DNA of 62,907 nt, taken from the NCBI GenBank assembly GCA_964566075.1, contig CAZMHJ010000001.1, forward strand, positions 9,890 to 72,796, read 5' to 3'. Both the position numbers and the translations under genes were made by a program. Origin of the DNA: an uncultured Candidatus Saccharibacteria bacterium. Lineage in GTDB: Bacteria; Patescibacteriota; Saccharimonadia; Saccharimonadales; CAIOMD01. Below, one piece after another: positions 62,261 to 62,907 of the stretch. The first letter of the stretch is position 1; every line of letters begins with the position of its first letter. A model generated the notes under the pieces. It searched no databases. It was not told the origin of the DNA and saw nothing but the letters and a program-made list of their open reading frames with translations.

Positions 62261-62907
62261 AGTTTACTTTTTATTTCTGCAATAAGGTCGCGTAAATCCG
62301 CGGCCTTTTCAAATTCTAGGTTTGCGGCGGCTAAGTCCATTTGCGAACTTAGGTCGTTAATTAACGAGTTATATTCATCTTTCGGAATTTTATCTAAGTT
62401 AAGCTTGGCAGTTTTTGCTTCTTTGCTTTCGGCGCCTACGGCAGCACGTAGACTCTCATCAACACTTTTAACAATGCCCATCGGCGTAATACCATGTTTT
62501 GTGTTGTATTCTTCTTGAATGGCTCTACGACGATTCGTTTCGTCGATAGCCCGCTTCATACTACCGGTAACATGGTCTGCATACATAATAACGGTACCTT
62601 CAACGTGACGAGCAGCACGACCTATCGTCTGAATAAGTGCTGGTTCGCTCCGCAAAAAACCTTCTTTGTCGGCGTCTAAAATTGCCACTAGGCTGACTTC
62701 TGGCAAATCAAGGCCTTCACGCAACAGATTAATACCGACCAGCACATCGTATATACCAAGACGTAAGTCTCGTAAAATATCGGTGCGTTCAAGCGTATCA
62801 ACGTCACTATGAAGGTATTGGACCTTAATGTTGAGTTCTTCTAAGTATTCGGTTAAATCTTCTGCCATACGTTTAGTGAGTGTCGTCACCAATACTCTCT
62901 GATGCTT
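62257..62907 (-). CDS. uvrB: Excinuclease ABC subunit B, C-terminal part; the 5' end lies beyond the window end
   Basis: [22 protein letters not shown], helicase motifs V/VI ([23 protein letters not shown]) and a C-terminal UVR domain (FEKAADLRD). Confidence 0.93.
   Translation of the reverse strand, partial: KHQRVLVTTLTKRMAEDLTEYLEELNIKVQYLHSDVDTLERTDILRDLRLGIYDVLVGINLLREGLDLPEVSLVAILDADKEGFLRSEPALIQTIGRAARHVEGTVIMYADHVTGSMKRAIDETNRRRAIQEEYNTKHGITPMGIVKSVDESLRAAVGAESKEAKTAKLNLDKIPKDEYNSLINDLSSQMDLAAANLEFEKAADLRDLIAEIKSKL

Overview
This window is about 63 kb of a tightly packed bacterial chromosome. Nearly all genes are housekeeping genes, mostly on the minus strand: rpoB (partial), clpP, tig, hisS, tRNA-Leu, tyrS, rsmD, recG, a class A PBP, PIN/TRAM, radA, clpC, nusA, pepN, rnhB, rplS, malic enzyme, pilB-like ATPase, dnaE, galU, gatCAB and uvrB (partial). 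The standard genetic code fits. Gene content (sortase-anchored adhesin, single T4P-type ATPase, many tiny orphan membrane proteins) suggests a reduced Gram-positive-type or Patescibacteria/Saccharibacteria-like lineage, but that is inference only. I found no CRISPR array, transposase, integrase, rRNA or reverse transcriptase.

Four things stand out:
1. Two copies of a complete type III hammerhead ribozyme lie on the minus strand at 2883..2938 and 4806..4861. Each is preceded by a conserved GC-rich hairpin. Compensatory changes in stems I and II support the fold. They sit inside a 2.7-kb islet of six small membrane-protein genes between rpoB and clpP, and their predicted cleavage sites are 1,923 nt apart.
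2. Perfect CIRCE (HrcA) operators overlap the promoters of clpP and clpC.
3. A same-strand surface island (22.9-37.1 kb) encodes a HExxH protein, a 1,505-aa vWA/Ig-repeat adhesin with an LVDTG sorting signal, a sortase, and a 2,365-aa RHS/YD protein. The RHS protein carries three PA14 domains and a bulb lectin. It ends in an unrecognisable 119-aa basic-then-hydrophobic C-terminal tip, and a translationally coupled candidate immunity gene follows.
4. Smaller oddities: a terminator between tRNA-Leu and tyrS, an extra gene inside gatCAB, and a rod-like structured region after hisS.
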